Of a stretch of 64,000 bases of DNA, positions 1 through 13,823 are shown one piece after another. The notes under the pieces were generated by a model. The model was given only the letters and a program-made list of their open reading frames with translations. It had not been told where the DNA came from and did not search any database. Position 1 is the stretch's first letter; each line of letters begins with the position of its first letter. The translations under genes and the position numbers were made by a program. This DNA is from Octopus vulgaris (lineage: Eukaryota): NCBI GenBank assembly GCA_951406725.2, contig OX597814.1, positions 148,428,001-148,492,000 on the forward strand, read 5' to 3'.

Positions 1-857
1 ATGGCTAATGGTCGCTGGCTTAAAATCTAAAACAGCTTAGGATCAATGCCTACCTACAAGGAACTACCAGTCCAATATATTAAAGAATGGCAGCACAGCC
101 CAACATGTTGTGTATGTCAACAACAAAATGAAACCATTGATTTTGTTATCTCCAAGTGAAGTCTTCTTGCGCCTACATAGTATCTCAACAGGCATGATAG
201 AGCTGCACAATATATTCACTGGGAAATATGCAAAAGCCTGGACTGGCCCCATGATAAAGACTGGTGGGAACACAAACCACCACCAGTGCTTGAAAATGAT
301 CACATCTCACTCCTCTGGAACTTCACCATTGAAACTGAGAGAAAGATAGATGCGAAGGTAGGCCAGACATTATATTGATATACTTCAGACAAAAAAAAAA
401 CATGCCTCCTCATTGATATGACTGTCCCAATCGTTATAAACGTTTCTGTCAAAAACTGAGTAAATATGAAGAACTTGAAATAGAAATCAGCAAAATGTGG
501 AACCTGAAGACTAAAACAATATATGTTGCCATAGTTGCCCTGGGAATGGTAGCAAAAGGGGCTAATTGCTACCTAACTCAGATAACAGGAAACCCCAAAA
601 TGGTAGAAATTCAAAAGATAGTGCTCATGGGAACTGCTCATATCCTACGTTAAATACTTTCTATGTAATCTCAAGTTTTAACGGAAACAATTTTAGTATG
701 GTTTTTTAGACATTCACTAGTACAACACTAACTACAAAACCAAATATATGGCACCCTAGGCATAACACCAGCATGAACTTCCCACTTGTTTTCTTTTGAG
801 GTCTCTGGGTGAGACTTGGAGTCAACTTATACAAATGTAAAGCAAAAGTCAAACAGA
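1..857 (+). mobile_element. R4/Dong-like non-LTR retrotransposon, 3' fragment (restriction-like endonuclease region plus 3' UTR), decayed
   Basis: Manual translation across frameshifts gives AAQYIHWEICK, WWEHKPPPVLENDHISLLWNFTIET, RPDI, CLLIDMTVP, KYEELEIEISKMWNLKT and QKIVLMGTAHIL, the typical RLE C-terminus of R2-group/R4 LINEs; ends in a (TAA)n tail. Confidence 0.85.
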
Positions 858-1081
<224 letters not shown>

Positions 1082-3823
1082 CATGGAACAAATAAGGGCT
1101 GCAATAATTATTATTATCATTATCATCGCAATATTTATCTTATATTATACCGGCACAGCTTGGTACATCCCCCTGTACGGTTATTGCTACTTGGTATCAT
1201 TAGGCTGTAGCCGGCATGATAAAACAAAAGCATTTATATGCATACTCATAACGTATGTTTGTGTGTGTGTGTGTATGTGTGTGTGTCAATGAGTAGTATT
1301 GACGTAGTACATAACAACATATGATTTGAAGGAGAGCCAGAAAGTAAGAGAGAGAAAAAATGAAAGAAAGAAAGGAGCAAAAGTAACCTGTAGTGAAGTT
1401 AGTGACAATAATTCTAGAATAATGTTACACAAATTTCGCAAAGATGTTTCCTTTTTCCAAATATTTCTAGTCAGTGAAAATTCATTTGTAAAAATTTTAA
1501 ATGATCATCTCCATATGCATCTAATACAGGTAAGAAATTCTTGTAAGAAATCTCGTGTAAGAGCAATGTGGATATTTCTATAAATTACTGGAACATCAAA
1601 CAAATCGTCTCCCAATTATTTCAAGGATGTTACGACAGATTTACGACCATATTTTTGCAATGTTTCCCATCAATTATAATTTGTGTCAAGTAGGTAAATA
1701 TGTTACCCTATGCAATTTTCCCATCTGGCTTCTGGACCAACGCCTCTGAAAGTTTCCTGGTATGATCTTCGTCATGTAAATGAACGAAGGCATGATGTTG
1801 TGATGCATATTTAATACATGGAGTTACGAAGTTATTAGCTAATCAATTTTTTCTGTGTAAGAGAATAAGTCATACATATATTACTTCCATTCCGTTTTCT
1901 GCTTCTTCAGATTATTACATTAATAATTAGCAATTAACTTCGCATGTTACATTGTTTATATATGTCATACAAATGGGTAGTGTTTCATTCTTTTTTTTTT
2001 TTCATGCTTTGCGCCATCAGCATAAAATAATAGTACAAAACGCAGTTAATTAGTGAAATTATTTCATTTAAGTTACTGACTGTATTTTATTCGGTAATAT
2101 TTCAATGTTTTTGTCAGTTAAAATCTCACTTTACTTCTTGCTTTCTTATTTCTCTCCAAAAATCTTTCTCACTCACTTCCCCCTCTCTCTCTCTCTCTTT
2201 GCTCTCGTCATCCTTCTCTCTCTTTTCCTCTCTTTCTCTTTCTATCATTGTTCCTCCCTCTCTATACTCCCGAATTAAATAGGAGAAAAATATTTGAAAA
2301 ATAAATTTTGAATTAATTTACATTTCAAAGGGCATAAATATAATTAATTACGTGACATTATATTATTATATTAATACATACTGAAACGTGCAAGATACAT
2401 AAAATCATTTCCTTGCATATGGATCAAGGAATATATATTAAATAGTAAATGTAAAAAACAAAGTAATTTGAGTCAATTACTATAATACTAATTTCCATCA
2501 ATATAATTGTCGTTTGATTTCGTTCATTACCCGATAAATGGATGAACTAATAATGAAATTGTTTTCTAAATAGATAAGCATGCTAGCATCTATATTCCAG
2601 CGTGCTCTTACTCTCTCAATGTCGTTAGACGCAGATTATATTCATAGTCCGTGGCGCAGAAGCAGCGTGGAAAATATGGGATGCAGATAACTTACTTCTC
2701 GATTTGAAATGTAGAGATACAATACGTACACCGATACAAAAACAAAAAAGTCAGTGATCGAAGTTTGCTTTAAAATACGCTTGAATCCAAGCTTTAAGTG
2801 TCTGTTTTTATATTGGGAGGAATGAAAGTAAATTGCATTCATTCAAAGCAATGTTATCCATGTCAAGTAACTTGTTTGACTCCATCTCCCATTTTGTCTT
2901 CACTATTCGTCCTCCAATCCTTCTGATAATTACAGATGTCTTACAGCAAATATCCTATTTTATTTTTCTAATTTTCAGAATTATTGCAAAAAGTTTCTAG
3001 AACTGAGGTAATTTACGTTGAAGTTGTTAGCAGTTATGCGCTGCAGTGAGTAGGTGAATAGAACTTGATATAGAAAGTTGGTTTGTGGGGAGAATGATAT
3101 AGTTATAATGATTTGTCTATGGACAATAGAGGAGTAGGTATGAAAATACGGAATGATAGGGAGAATGTTTATTTGGGAAATGTTAAGTGTGCAGTTTCTT
3201 TAAGGAATTTTACTATAGGCTTCGATTGTGATTTCGATTCCGGTTTCAGTAAATGATCTAGAGTAATCTACTTTGATATTTGATTTCTGAATATATTGTC
3301 AGTAAATGCATAATGAATAAATATGAGGGAAATATTACTCAAATTACTATACAAGAACGTTCTTAAATTCATAATTACTAAACAATTAAACGAAGAAATT
3401 AATTAAGACGGCATAAAATATATCTGGGAAAATAATTGTAATCATAATTTTAGATTTTAAAATATGGTTTAATGTGGCAGGAATAATGTATGATATAGAA
3501 GGGATGTTAAATTTGCTCATGAATAAATAAGAATATCCAAGAATAATGCAATATTAATAGAGAAAAATATTTCTCTGTTCACGTATTTAAATGCATGAAT
3601 ATTTTAAAGTTAAGACGGAGTAATGGGAACGTATTCCGAAAGCATCTACGTCTACGATGAGCTACACCACCAATGATAATTATTATTTCCACTCTAGGCG
3701 CAGGCTTTGGTATTTTTGTGAACTTGGAGTGTATGAAAGGCAGAATTTGAAATGCGAAACTGCAGTCAGATGAAATACCACTAAACATTTTGTTCGGCAT
3801 CCTTGCAGTTCTGCCAATTACAT

Positions 3824-3828
3824 TACTG

Positions 3829-3898
<70 letters not shown>

Positions 3899-3927
3899 AG
3901 TTGATGCTGCCACTACTACTACTTGTG

Positions 3928-3980
<53 letters not shown>
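3824..3980. repeat. (CTA)n/(TAA)n microsatellite
   Basis: Directly visible, immediately 5' of a truncated R4/Dong fragment. Confidence 0.95.
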
Positions 3981-4580
3981 TGCTGGAAAAAGTATGTGGG
4001 TTGACTGATGAAAGGAACCCTAAAAAAAGAGAGCACTAAACTGGCAGCGCAGGACCAAGCTGTGGCCACGAACTGGATGGTCAACCTGAGGAATGAGCAA
4101 ATGTCACCACTGTGCTGCATCTGCAATAGAGTAGATGACAACATTGCCCATATCACAAACGTATGCCCTACACTTGCCCAATAACACTACAACTTGTAGT
4201 GACGAGACCAGGTAGCGAAATCGCTACATTGGAAACTGTGCGAAAAGTGGGCACTAGAGAGAGTTAAGACGTGGTATGAGCACAAACCACTGAGAGTGAC
4301 AGAGTCGGTGATTAGCACAATCATTTGGGATTTCCCAATCTAAACAGATCAGGTGCTAGAGCATAACAAATCGGACCTAGTAGTGTTGGACAAGGTTCAC
4401 AACATACGCTATACAGTAGATGTTGCATGCACCTTTGACCCACGATTACTCGAAATGGAAGGCAAAATTATAGATAGATAGAAGTACAAAATACCCCGGT
4501 TATAGAAAATAAAGAGCGTGATGATAGTGTCAATTATTGTTGGGTCCTTGGGAGCAGTATCAGAAGGCATTAAAAAGGGT
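3981..4580 (+). mobile_element. R4/Dong-like LINE fragment (CCHC knuckle and RLE), decayed
   Basis: Translates to AAQDQAVATN, SPLCCICN, HITNVC, DQVAKSLHWKLCEKW, WYEHKP, IIWDFPI*TD, HNKSDLVVLDK and VDVACTFD, with stops. Confidence 0.85.
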
Positions 4581-4759
4581 ACACATCGTTCAGTATTTGA
4601 ATTTCTGAATTTCTTTCCATTTTTTAAATAAAAGTTGCTGTAGTTTACGATTTTTATAATTGTACAGTTTGTATATATTGGCAGGTGCTTACCTCCTTAA
4701 TTTTGTATTGTGCATTTGATTGTGTTGTTGCGATAAAAGTTATGTTTACACATTCCGGT

Positions 4760-5210
4760 ATTTTGGGAGAAAAGAAAGAGAAAGTTTTCACACAAAATTG
4801 TAGATATTAATGCTTTTAAGTTTTTTAGAGATGTTCGTTTGTATGTCCAATTAGAGAAGACAGTTTTGTTTTTGCATTAAAAAGGATCTTTATATTTTTG
4901 AATACTCAGGAAGAAAGTAAAGAAAAGGAAATGAGAGTTAAATTTTCACATAAAGTTGTAGATATTCTAAGATTTACTAAAGATGGTCTTTTGTATGACC
5001 GCACAGAAAAACTGTAGTGTACTTAGAATAAAAAGGAGGTTTACATTTTCGAATTCTCATGTAGAAAGGAAAATATAGGTATTCACAGAATTTGTAGATA
5101 TTAAAATTTTAAAACTGATCGTTTGTGTGTTCGAAAAGCGTAGATATGTAAGTTTCTTAACTTATCGTGAGGGGAAAATGAAAAACTCACAGGAAATTGT
5201 AGATATTCCA
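4760..5210. repeat. Degenerate tandem repeat, 4 units sharing TCACA-N-TTGTAGATATT
   Basis: TTGTAGATATT at 4798, 4956, 5092 and 5197 (spacing 158/136/105) with similar flanks (GTTTGTATG, TAAAAAGGA). Confidence 0.7.
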
Positions 5211-5384
5211 GTCTTTGACAGTTATTTTTCCGTTGTCCTCTTGAGTTATATTAGTGTTGATGTGTCTCCAGCTGCTGAAAGATCAGAACAGCGAAGAACA
5301 CGTCCGGCTGCTATCTAGGCTGGCACTATTATTCCGCTGTCAAGCCTGGCGCTAGTCCAACCTGAATGACAAAACTTTGATTAT

Positions 5385-6190
5385 CGCAATGACTATCTGG
5401 GCAATTACAGTGGTCAGATATAGTGTGTCCATCCTCAAAACGACTAAGGAGGAAATCTCAGCTCTGGATAGAAATACGAGAAAGTTGATGACGTTGCATG
5501 GGGCGCTACACCTCAAAGAAACGTAAATAGACTGTATATGAAAAGAAAGAATGGTGGCAGAGGACTAATTAGTATACAACATTGTATAAGGAGTGGAATG
5601 AAAACTCTTGCCGATTATTTGAGAAATAGTGATCAAGACCAGCAGCAATATGCCGCGAAAGATATGGGTGTAAATCCAGATAAAATGATGGCGAGGAGGC
5701 GTTTTACTAAAGAGCTGAAGGGAAAAGAAGACCTTCTTGAAATGAGAATCGATGGACAGTTTGAAACGAATACACAAGACTTTCAGGATAATACAGCATC
5801 GTTGTTATGGCTTGAGCGAGGTGATTTGAAGCATGCCATTGAAAGCATGATCATTGGTGCACAGGACCAGGCTCTCGCTACCCATTCAGTGAAATATAAA
5901 AATTTCTGACACCGAGAAATGCAGACTCTGTGGAAAGAGTGTAGAAAATGTGACCCACTTGCACAAAAAAATACAAGCGCTGCCACGATGAAATGTGAGT
6001 GTGTGTGTGTGTGCATCATCATTGGCTCTTATGCCGTAAATATGAAGTATCAGAGAACTGCTCCGAGCATGTAAGAAGTAAATTTATGCAGGGGGATGGA
6101 AAAGTAACGATACTTTGGGACTTGATTTTCAGACGCTAGTGCTAGTGAATAACGGTGGTTATGAATATGAAGCCAATGATAGTGACAGTG
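5385..6190 (+). mobile_element. R4/Dong-like LINE fragment (RT thumb to RLE)
   Basis: LDRNTRKLMTLHGA, RLYMKRKNGGRGLISI, LWLERGDLKHAIESMIIGAQDQALAT (ORF 5538-5909). Confidence 0.85.
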
Positions 6191-6269
6191 TTACACCCGG
6201 TAGGCTCGGAGCATCTGCCCGGCTCCAGCTTGTCGCTATCCAGAAAGGGATCACCGTACAAGACGTAGA

Positions 6270-7770
6270 TGGAGCGAGCAAATTAATGCTGATGTCATGA
6301 AATATTACTACCTGAGCAGCCCAGTAGAAGAAAATGGTGCTCAAATTAGGGGCTACCGACAACGTATGTATAATCATCAGAGAGAAAAAAATATTGTTTC
6401 AATTCACGGAACAGAGACTATGAGATCACGCTAGAGCAATGAGAAAAGAATATTGCTTCACAGAAGTAGAGCTCCAAGCTATCAAATTACGGGTATTGTA
6501 AAGTAGCAGTAGTGATAACAATGAAAATACAGTTCTTACTAATAGGAGTAATCCTAAATCACATGAAAGGAGTATTGGTAGTTTTTTTTCTTGATGAGAG
6601 ACATATAGATCATCTAAAAGAACACAATAAAACTAATGGCGACCTGACAGATGAACAAAAAGGCACTCTCCGACAGCATAAAGGCAAGACTTCAGGAGAA
6701 AATAGAGACATTATTTGCAACCTTAAAAAGGTTGTTTGATGGAAATTGAATCAAGTAACGAAAAATGTCAATGAAATTCTGAAATGCATCACAATACACA
6801 TAACATCACAGAAACAAATAATTTGATCAAGGCAGCAAGTATTGTGAGTGTTGATGTCAAGAAAAAGAAACATAATGGTAGTGACAAAAGAAAATATCCA
6901 TGGAGGAAAAGAAGAAAACAGGCAATGTTAGATATGCTCTCGAACGAAATCCTGTGTTAGACGAAAATGAGAAAGGGGAGCTTAAAAGCGAACAAAAATA
7001 CAAGGCGCTGAAAAGGAAGTATAAATTTGAAAGAAAGGGCCTGAAAATATTAATGGAGGAACTTAAACAGCGCCTCATTGTAAAGAAAGTTAAGATGGTG
7101 AGATAAGACCAAAGAATGAACGGTTACCACCAGAATGGGTTATTCAGAGTAGATCAGAAGAGATTCTATAAAGAAATAAATGGAGAGTGTACAGATGAAA
7201 AGTTGATACCTGATAGCATTGAAAGTGAAAGTTTTTGGTATGACATCTGGAGCAATGACAAGGAGCACAAGAATGATGCTAAATGGTTGCAAGAACTGAA
7301 ACAAACTGTAGTCTGTCCAAAACAGGTAGAACCAGTCGTTTCAGTTAGGGAAGTAAAAGAAGTCAGCAAAATATGAGCAACTGGAAGGCCCCGGGACCAG
7401 ATGGAGTTCAAGGTTACTGGAAGACAAGTTTTGGGGAATGTCATGCACGAATAGCTGCGCAACTCAACACCTTGTTAAATGCCGACCAAGTAACACCAGA
7501 GTGGTTGACGTTGGGTAGGACAATGCTGTGCTTCAAAAACATCGAAAAAGGCAATGCGGTAGACAATTACAGGAAGATATCCTGTTTGCCACAATTGTGG
7601 AAGTTATTGACTGGAATACTACCAGAGTCAATGTACGAATATCTGGAAAAAATTGAGTCCTGTCACATGAGCAGAAGGATTGCAAGCGTAAGTGCAGATG
7701 TACCAAGGATCAATTCCTGATAGACAAAACTGTATTTAAAGAGTGCAAAAGGAGGAAATGTAACTTAATG
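6270..7770 (+). mobile_element. R4/Dong-like LINE fragment (ORF N-terminus to start of RT)
   Basis: GYRQRMY, QNGLFRVDQKRFYKEI, FWYDIWS, NWKAPGPDGVQGYW, PEWLTLGRT, NYRKISCLPQLWKLLTGI, TKDQFLIDK (ORFs 6900-7720). Confidence 0.88.
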
Positions 7771-7779
7771 TAACGGCGG

Positions 7780-8135
7780 AGTAAGATCGAAGCTATTAAC
7801 AAGAAATTGAAAACGATTCAAACTGAAAATAGGTGTCTGTAAGTCATTGGTGTAAAGTGATCCTTCTTTTTGAATATGATCTGTGACAACTTCCTTTCTG
7901 TTTTCAAAGTAGGATCTTTCTTTACTTTGATGTAGCTACCATCACTTATAAGACTTGACAGTTTTTCCGAGTAGTCAGACTTGTTCATCACCACAGTAGC
8001 TTTTCCCTTGTCTGCTGGAAGTATTATGATGGAATTGTCACTCTGTAGTCTCTTGATAGATTCACTTTTCCTAGTACCCGTCGCAATTTCAACCTAAGTT
8101 CATCTCCCTGAACTTTTTGGTCCTGCTTTTTCCTG
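7780..8135 (-). mobile_element. Penelope-like element RT N-terminal fragment
   Basis: Minus strand gives IIILPADKGKATVVMNKSDY and KVKKDPT, the conserved PLE ADKG motif. Confidence 0.8.
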
Positions 8136-8179
8136 CCCTTTCCGCTACTCTTCAAGCTTTGTATGGCTCCATTGGATTT

Positions 8180-8875
8180 TGTCTTCGTCTTGTTTGTTGT
8201 TTACGCATCGCTTCTGCTGATATACCGTCCAGCTTTCATCACTTGGGGAAGTTTCGAACCTGGGTTCTCATTTCTAAGGTATTTTTCGATGTTGTTGTTG
8301 ATGTTGCTATTATTGTTATTTTTATTATTATTATTCAGGTCACTGTCTGGAATCGTACTCGAAATCTTAAACACTACGCCATAATGGGCAATTATGGAGT
8401 GAATTCGACGGCTTATATATCTAATATTTTCCTATCCTTAATACCGGTTCCCATATGCTATTCATATCTGCACTCGGTCTACTTAGGAGGTTGTTGTGTC
8501 CTAGCATATGTGCTGCTTCTTTTACCTTTCGTATTTTCCATTGATGTTCTCTGTCAATTATTTTAACTTTATCCCACAGGGGAGGTGGTCTCCATTTTTC
8601 CATACATGATCAGCTATACCCGATTTATCAACATCTCCCCGTGCAATGTTCCTCTACCCTTATTTTGAGGGGGCGGCATGTTTCGCCTTTGTATATCCTA
8701 CCACAGCTGCATAGGAGGGAGTACACGCAGTTCTTGGTCATATTCTCTTCTACTGGTTGTTTTACTCGAAAGAGATATTTGCGAAGTGTTGTATTAATTT
8801 TGAAAACTGTCCTGATGTCATACGGTATAATAATAGAAAGAGAATCCAACAAGATCTAGAAACGTCGTACATGAA
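8180..8875 (-). mobile_element. Penelope-like element 3' end (GIY-YIG endonuclease plus pLTR with tRNA-like head and degenerate HHR)
   Basis: KNCVYSLLCSCGRIYKGETCRPLKIRVEEH and WKIRKVKEAAHM..LLSR (ORFs 8421-8852); 3' part homologous to 41200-41780 and 42100-42995. Confidence 0.88.
8201..8247 (-). ncRNA. Degenerate minimal hammerhead ribozyme (Penelope pLTR copy 1)
   Basis: Minus strand GUGAUGA-A-AGCUG..CAGCA-GAAG-CG-AU; aligns to the 42889 copy but the core is mutated. Confidence 0.5.
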
Positions 8876-8879
8876 AGAA

Positions 8880-9370
8880 TATGAAGTGGTAAAAATACTC
8901 CAGATTAAAAAGTTTATGAAACTCAAATGTCAGAGAATGGAAACCGAAGTCCGTCACCCACCTGTGAAAGCAGTAATTAGTGTAAGTAGCCGACATCTAG
9001 AAGGCTCTGAAGAAGCAGTACTAAGCTAAGGTCTCAACTTTGCGACAACCACCAAGCGCAGGGGGAGGGTGATTGCAGATTAGATCGACCTCAGTACGCA
9101 ACTGGTATTTAATTTATCGGCTCCAAAATGATGAAAGGAAAAGTCGACTTCGGTGGAATTTGAACTCAGAACGGAAAAATAGACGGAAAACAGCTAAGGA
9201 TTTCGCCCGGCGTGCTAATGTGTCTGCCAGCTCGCCGGCTTCTCAAAGCTTCGGAAAACTGGAACCAAATGGTTGATTATGACACAAATATAAAAGAAGA
9301 CAAAATCAAAAAGAACAACCACGGAATGAAATACGTGAAACTCCCCATATTCGAAGATACCAATAGTTAA
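8880..9370 (+). mobile_element. Penelope-like RT N-terminal fragment, interrupted by a SINE
   Basis: KAVISVSSRHLEGSEEAVLS*GLNFATT matches the PLE VINLS..E..VL.KGLNF motif. Confidence 0.7.
9070..9236 (-). mobile_element. tRNA-derived SINE, family A (GGCGAGCTGGCAG head)
   Basis: Minus strand has a B-box-like GAGTTCAAATTCC and core GTCGACTTT..TTTCATC..GATAAATTAAATACCAG; same sequence recurs at about 39.3, 45.0-45.4 and 51.0 kb. Confidence 0.85.
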
Positions 9371-9584
9371 AAAGTAAAGAAGCACTTGCTGAAGAAACGC
9401 CCTGGACAATAGTTCTGGAAAAAGTGACAGCAAAGACATATGTTTATTCTACTTACCCGCTGTCTGCTGGTATGGAGACGATGGTGCATGCTGCCGTTTC
9501 TCAACTCTAAGGCCCTACCACAACTGCATGAGGCAGGGCAAAAACTACTTTCTAAAGGGGCCAAAGAAAGGGACACATATACGA

Positions 9585-9795
9585 TAGTACACTCTTGTAG
9601 TACACACTAATTTCATCTGCCAGCCCTATCCAAAACCAGTCGTAAAGTCTGCAGCTGAGCAACAATATATATATATATTTTTTTATGTATGGACCAAAAG
9701 ATCGTACGGCAACTGACCTGGAGACACTACCACCAACATACAAGGTATCTATAGCCAATGGAAACCATTCGCATCCGCACTGGGAGGAATACGTA
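9585..9795. repeat. Dispersed repeat, copy 1 (unclassified, adjacent to Penelope fragments)
   Basis: GATCGTACGGCAACTGACCTGGAGACACTACCACCAACATACAAGGTATC is shared with 18058-18262. Confidence 0.8.
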
Positions 9796-12700
9796 TATTA
9801 CAACGATGCTCTTGTAAAACATTGTTGCAACTCAATAACTAAAATTCAATCTCTGAAAGTTCATAAGGCATCAATAAATGGCATGAGTTCCTATATTCAA
9901 TTGTACTATAATAAGCGCTTTTTATTATATCTTCATTTCCACTCATCTTTTTTTCTATTCCGTTTCTTCATTTCTTTGGAGTTTTTCTTTTTTTAATTTT
10001 AAAATAAATTTTATACTAGGTAACTCCTACCTGCTAATCACCCACTAATTCTATTAAATTTTTTTGCACTTGCATCAAAAGCAAAAAAAAAATGTTATGT
10101 CACTAGTGTTTATCATTTATTCATTGCGGAAAGAAGACGTTAAAATTCATGTCGTAATTGTGGTCACTGATGTTAAATCAGTAATTTTACAGGTTATGCC
10201 AGAACATTGCATTTAATAGCAAATTCAAATTTACATGTTTTGATTAGAAAAATCAATATTTTTACCTTTTTAATTAATATTTTTTTTCTTTCTCTCATGC
10301 GATGAAGTCTTTGTTGATTTCAGATTAATCCAAGATGGCTGAAGTGCGGGGATTTGGTTAAGAATTTTCTCTTGATCTCTTCACGTCAAGTAACGACGCA
10401 AAATTTGACACTAAAACATTTGTATTTCGATTTTTTACTGCAGAGTTTAGGGGCTTTATATCTTTTAGTCTCTACTAAACATTGTATAAAAACGAAAGAG
10501 AAATACGCTATTATTTCATATCAGTAATTTCACCACGAAAGATCCAGTCACGACACTAAAATTTAAATAAGTCCATCTATCATGAAAAATTGGTCAAAAG
10601 CTATTGCAAACTTTCAGAAAATATTGTAATTTTGCAGTTCCCGCTACTCGTAATCTGATAAAGATTGGAATTCATTAAGGCTTCTATCATATACATCCGC
10701 ACGCGAATCAGAATAATTTGCACTTAACCTGATGCAATATTCAGAAAACAATCATTTCCTATTTGGTTTGTTAGTTTTTTTGACAAACAAATATAAAAGA
10801 TACTAATTGACATTAAGAACCTTCTATCTGAAACCATTTCTAATTATTTGCCCACAAGTCTAATGTGTAATTTTTCCCATTAGCTTTTCTTAGTTTATAA
10901 ATTATACCTTGTTGTCACGCAATAATACTGGAGAGGGTGCATGTCTTGGGAAACTTGGTTAGCAGAAAAGTTTGATAGCCAAATTAAAAAATAACGAATT
11001 GCCATGTTTTAGTTTTCTTTTTTAACATTTTCTCTTTAATTTAAATTGTGCTGAATTTGAGTCATACCTCTTCCAGGGCTGGTAAAGTAAAGACCAATTG
11101 ACATTAGTGTAGCTTTTAAACACAAAGATTCTTCGCTCAGTCAAATAAAATAGGGCAATATCTACAGACTTGAGCTTTTAAAATTTGCAACAATAGCTTG
11201 CAGTTATTTGGTAAGTTTAATAGATTGTAGTAGAAAATACTAGTTGAGTATTAATATTGACCAATTGACAATACTCCAAATGAAATACAATACTATGCAT
11301 ATTCAATTCCTTTTTAGCACCTACACAGTATTATAAATGAGTTAATATGAATAGAGACCTTTTAAACATAACTCTCATTTTAGTCATCAGGAAATGACTT
11401 CTGAGAGTTTATCAAACGTTTATTAAATTAGCCATTGAAACTAAGATCATGTACACAGTGGCCAAAATTCGGACTTGCACCATCTATACTCAGCAACGTT
11501 TTAGCAGTTGTATAGGCTGCCTGGCTAATCATTACATTGAGCCCTACAGTATATGTTTATTAACATCATGCCACAACATACATAAAAACACAATTGACCC
11601 TCTAGATCATGGGGCATACTGATTAGTTTTCCTACGTCTTGAGGTTGTCTTGTCTGTACTGAAACATATGCAATTAACCTTAAATTTAGTGATTGTGTGG
11701 GATTTGATTTTTTAAAGTAAATATATGATTATAGCAATCATTGTTTTCCCGTCAACACAATTATAATTTTCCTTAAGCAATTTCTTTAGGCAACCACAAT
11801 AAATATGTTCATGCGAAGTAAATAACAAAAAATAATATATTTTAATGCAAAAATTTAAAATAAACACAACAGAAGCATACGCTGTACTTCTAAAGAGTTC
11901 CATTTGAGCAAAATGTAACTAGAGTTACGTTCTATACATTTCGTATAAAATGAAATACTGGCCATCAACTAATATTAGTTTTCTTTTGATCTTAGGTATC
12001 GATGTTATTTTTCTTTTGCCGTATATCTGATCTTACTGTCGCTTTTTAATGATGTAAGCATTAATATGCTTTCACCTCCATAATTGGTAATTATCATGGT
12101 GATGCCGGCTCGGTTTAAGATGTGGCATCATTTTCAAAGTTGCAAATGTATTCCTTTCATGTATATCATTGGCAGTGCAATAATAAAATGTTTATTCTCT
12201 CTCTTTTTCCCTGGTGCTTTCTTTCCTTCTCGTTCTTTTACCAACAAACCAACATGCGCAGAACATCCCTCTCATTCCACATTCATATACTCACAAATTA
12301 CATCCGTATGCGTGAATATATATAGATATACATATATACATATACATATATATATATATATACACATATATATATATATATACATATATATGTATGTATG
12401 TATCTTTGTGTGTGTATATATATATATACCTATATACATCTATAAACAAATATATATACACACATATATATTACACAGCACACTAACATATATATATAAG
12501 TGCATTTGTGAGTATGCGTGTGTGTATGTGTATGTTTGTGTACTTCTGTATGTGTATGTGTATTTGTGCATGTGTGAGTGTACTGATGCTCTGTTCTACT
12601 ATGCTCTTTGAAATATTTGTAGTTAATCTGAAAATAATACAGAGCAAATATATGTGAGCACAGTTGGTGTTCCAGACGAGACATTTATATACCAATTTCC

Positions 12701-13096
12701 CTCGTAATGACAACTATTTATATGTCTTACTTTTAAACATTGTTACTAAATATTTTTACATACTAGAACAGTCTGCGAAATTTGCAATATTTCCTTTCCA
12801 CTATATTAGTACGCCGGGTATAATGACACAGCATATAAATGTATGTAGTACAGTATGTTCTGCCTGAGAAGATATAGAAAATTAAATCAAATCATAAAGT
12901 GTATCACACAAACCTTATTCTAATGACTGCTTTACAAAACACTTTCCCAATTGAATATAACAAATAACTTGCACAAAGAGGTTTACGTCTACGAATGTTT
13001 CACGTTATCTGACTATCAGACGAAGAGTTCGAAGTTGTTGCTGTGTATCTCATTACCTAGGATGTAACGTAATTTTTCATATTTTAAATTGTCTGA

Positions 13097-13145
<49 letters not shown>

Positions 13146-13225
13146 CTCACTTTATCTCTATCTCTCACCCTCCATGTATATATATATATATATACGTGTG
13201 TGTGTGTGTGTGTGTGTGACTGGGC

Positions 13226-13416
13226 GTATAGTCAGTCACAGAGGGTGGTACTTAGCAGCAGCGTTGCCAGTATTAAGAATCACAAATACCTTATCCACGT
13301 GAGCGCACTTATCTAACGTTAGAAAAGTGCTCTCACGTGGCTAAAAGTTGTTTTGACTGAATTCTACCAATGCTGGTGTAGACTAGCACCCTCCATCTCT
13401 TTAGTGACGACTATAC
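13226..13416. mobile_element. ~190-bp imperfect palindrome, MITE/foldback-like
   Basis: Centre TCTAACGTTAGA; arms CCACGTGAGCGCACTT/AAGTGCTCTCACGTGG; outer GAGGGTG/CACCCTC and GTATAGTC/GACTATAC. Confidence 0.7.
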
Positions 13417-13823
13417 CTTATGCCTTCCATCAGTAAATTGTGACTCGCCACCTTAATAATTTATTTATATATATATATAGAGTAGGGCAACCAGATCGAA
13501 CTGTCTCAAGTGTAACTGCCCGAAACAGAAAAGGACTTCTGGTAACTTGACTGGGGAAAGAAGGTCACGAATGTTTTGCCTGTCCATCTAATTGTGTTTT
13601 TTCCTCTCCGCCTTTGTATCGTTTATCTGTCCAAATGTTTTATTGCCCTCTATTGCGTTTTTGTTCCATTTTATAAACCCACACGCATACACATACACAC
13701 ACACATATATATATATATGTATATGTATATGTATATAATTTCAACAATTGAGGGTAAAATTAATTAATTATTAATCAATTTCACCAAGTATTCAGTATGT
13801 AAAGGGACCATTTAAGGCGAATT

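Noticed and set aside
4760-5210. Spaced TTGTAGAT motif reminiscent of a Cas12a CRISPR repeat
   Set aside because: Spacing is 105-158 bp and irregular, the intervening sequences resemble each other, there are no cas genes and the context is eukaryotic.
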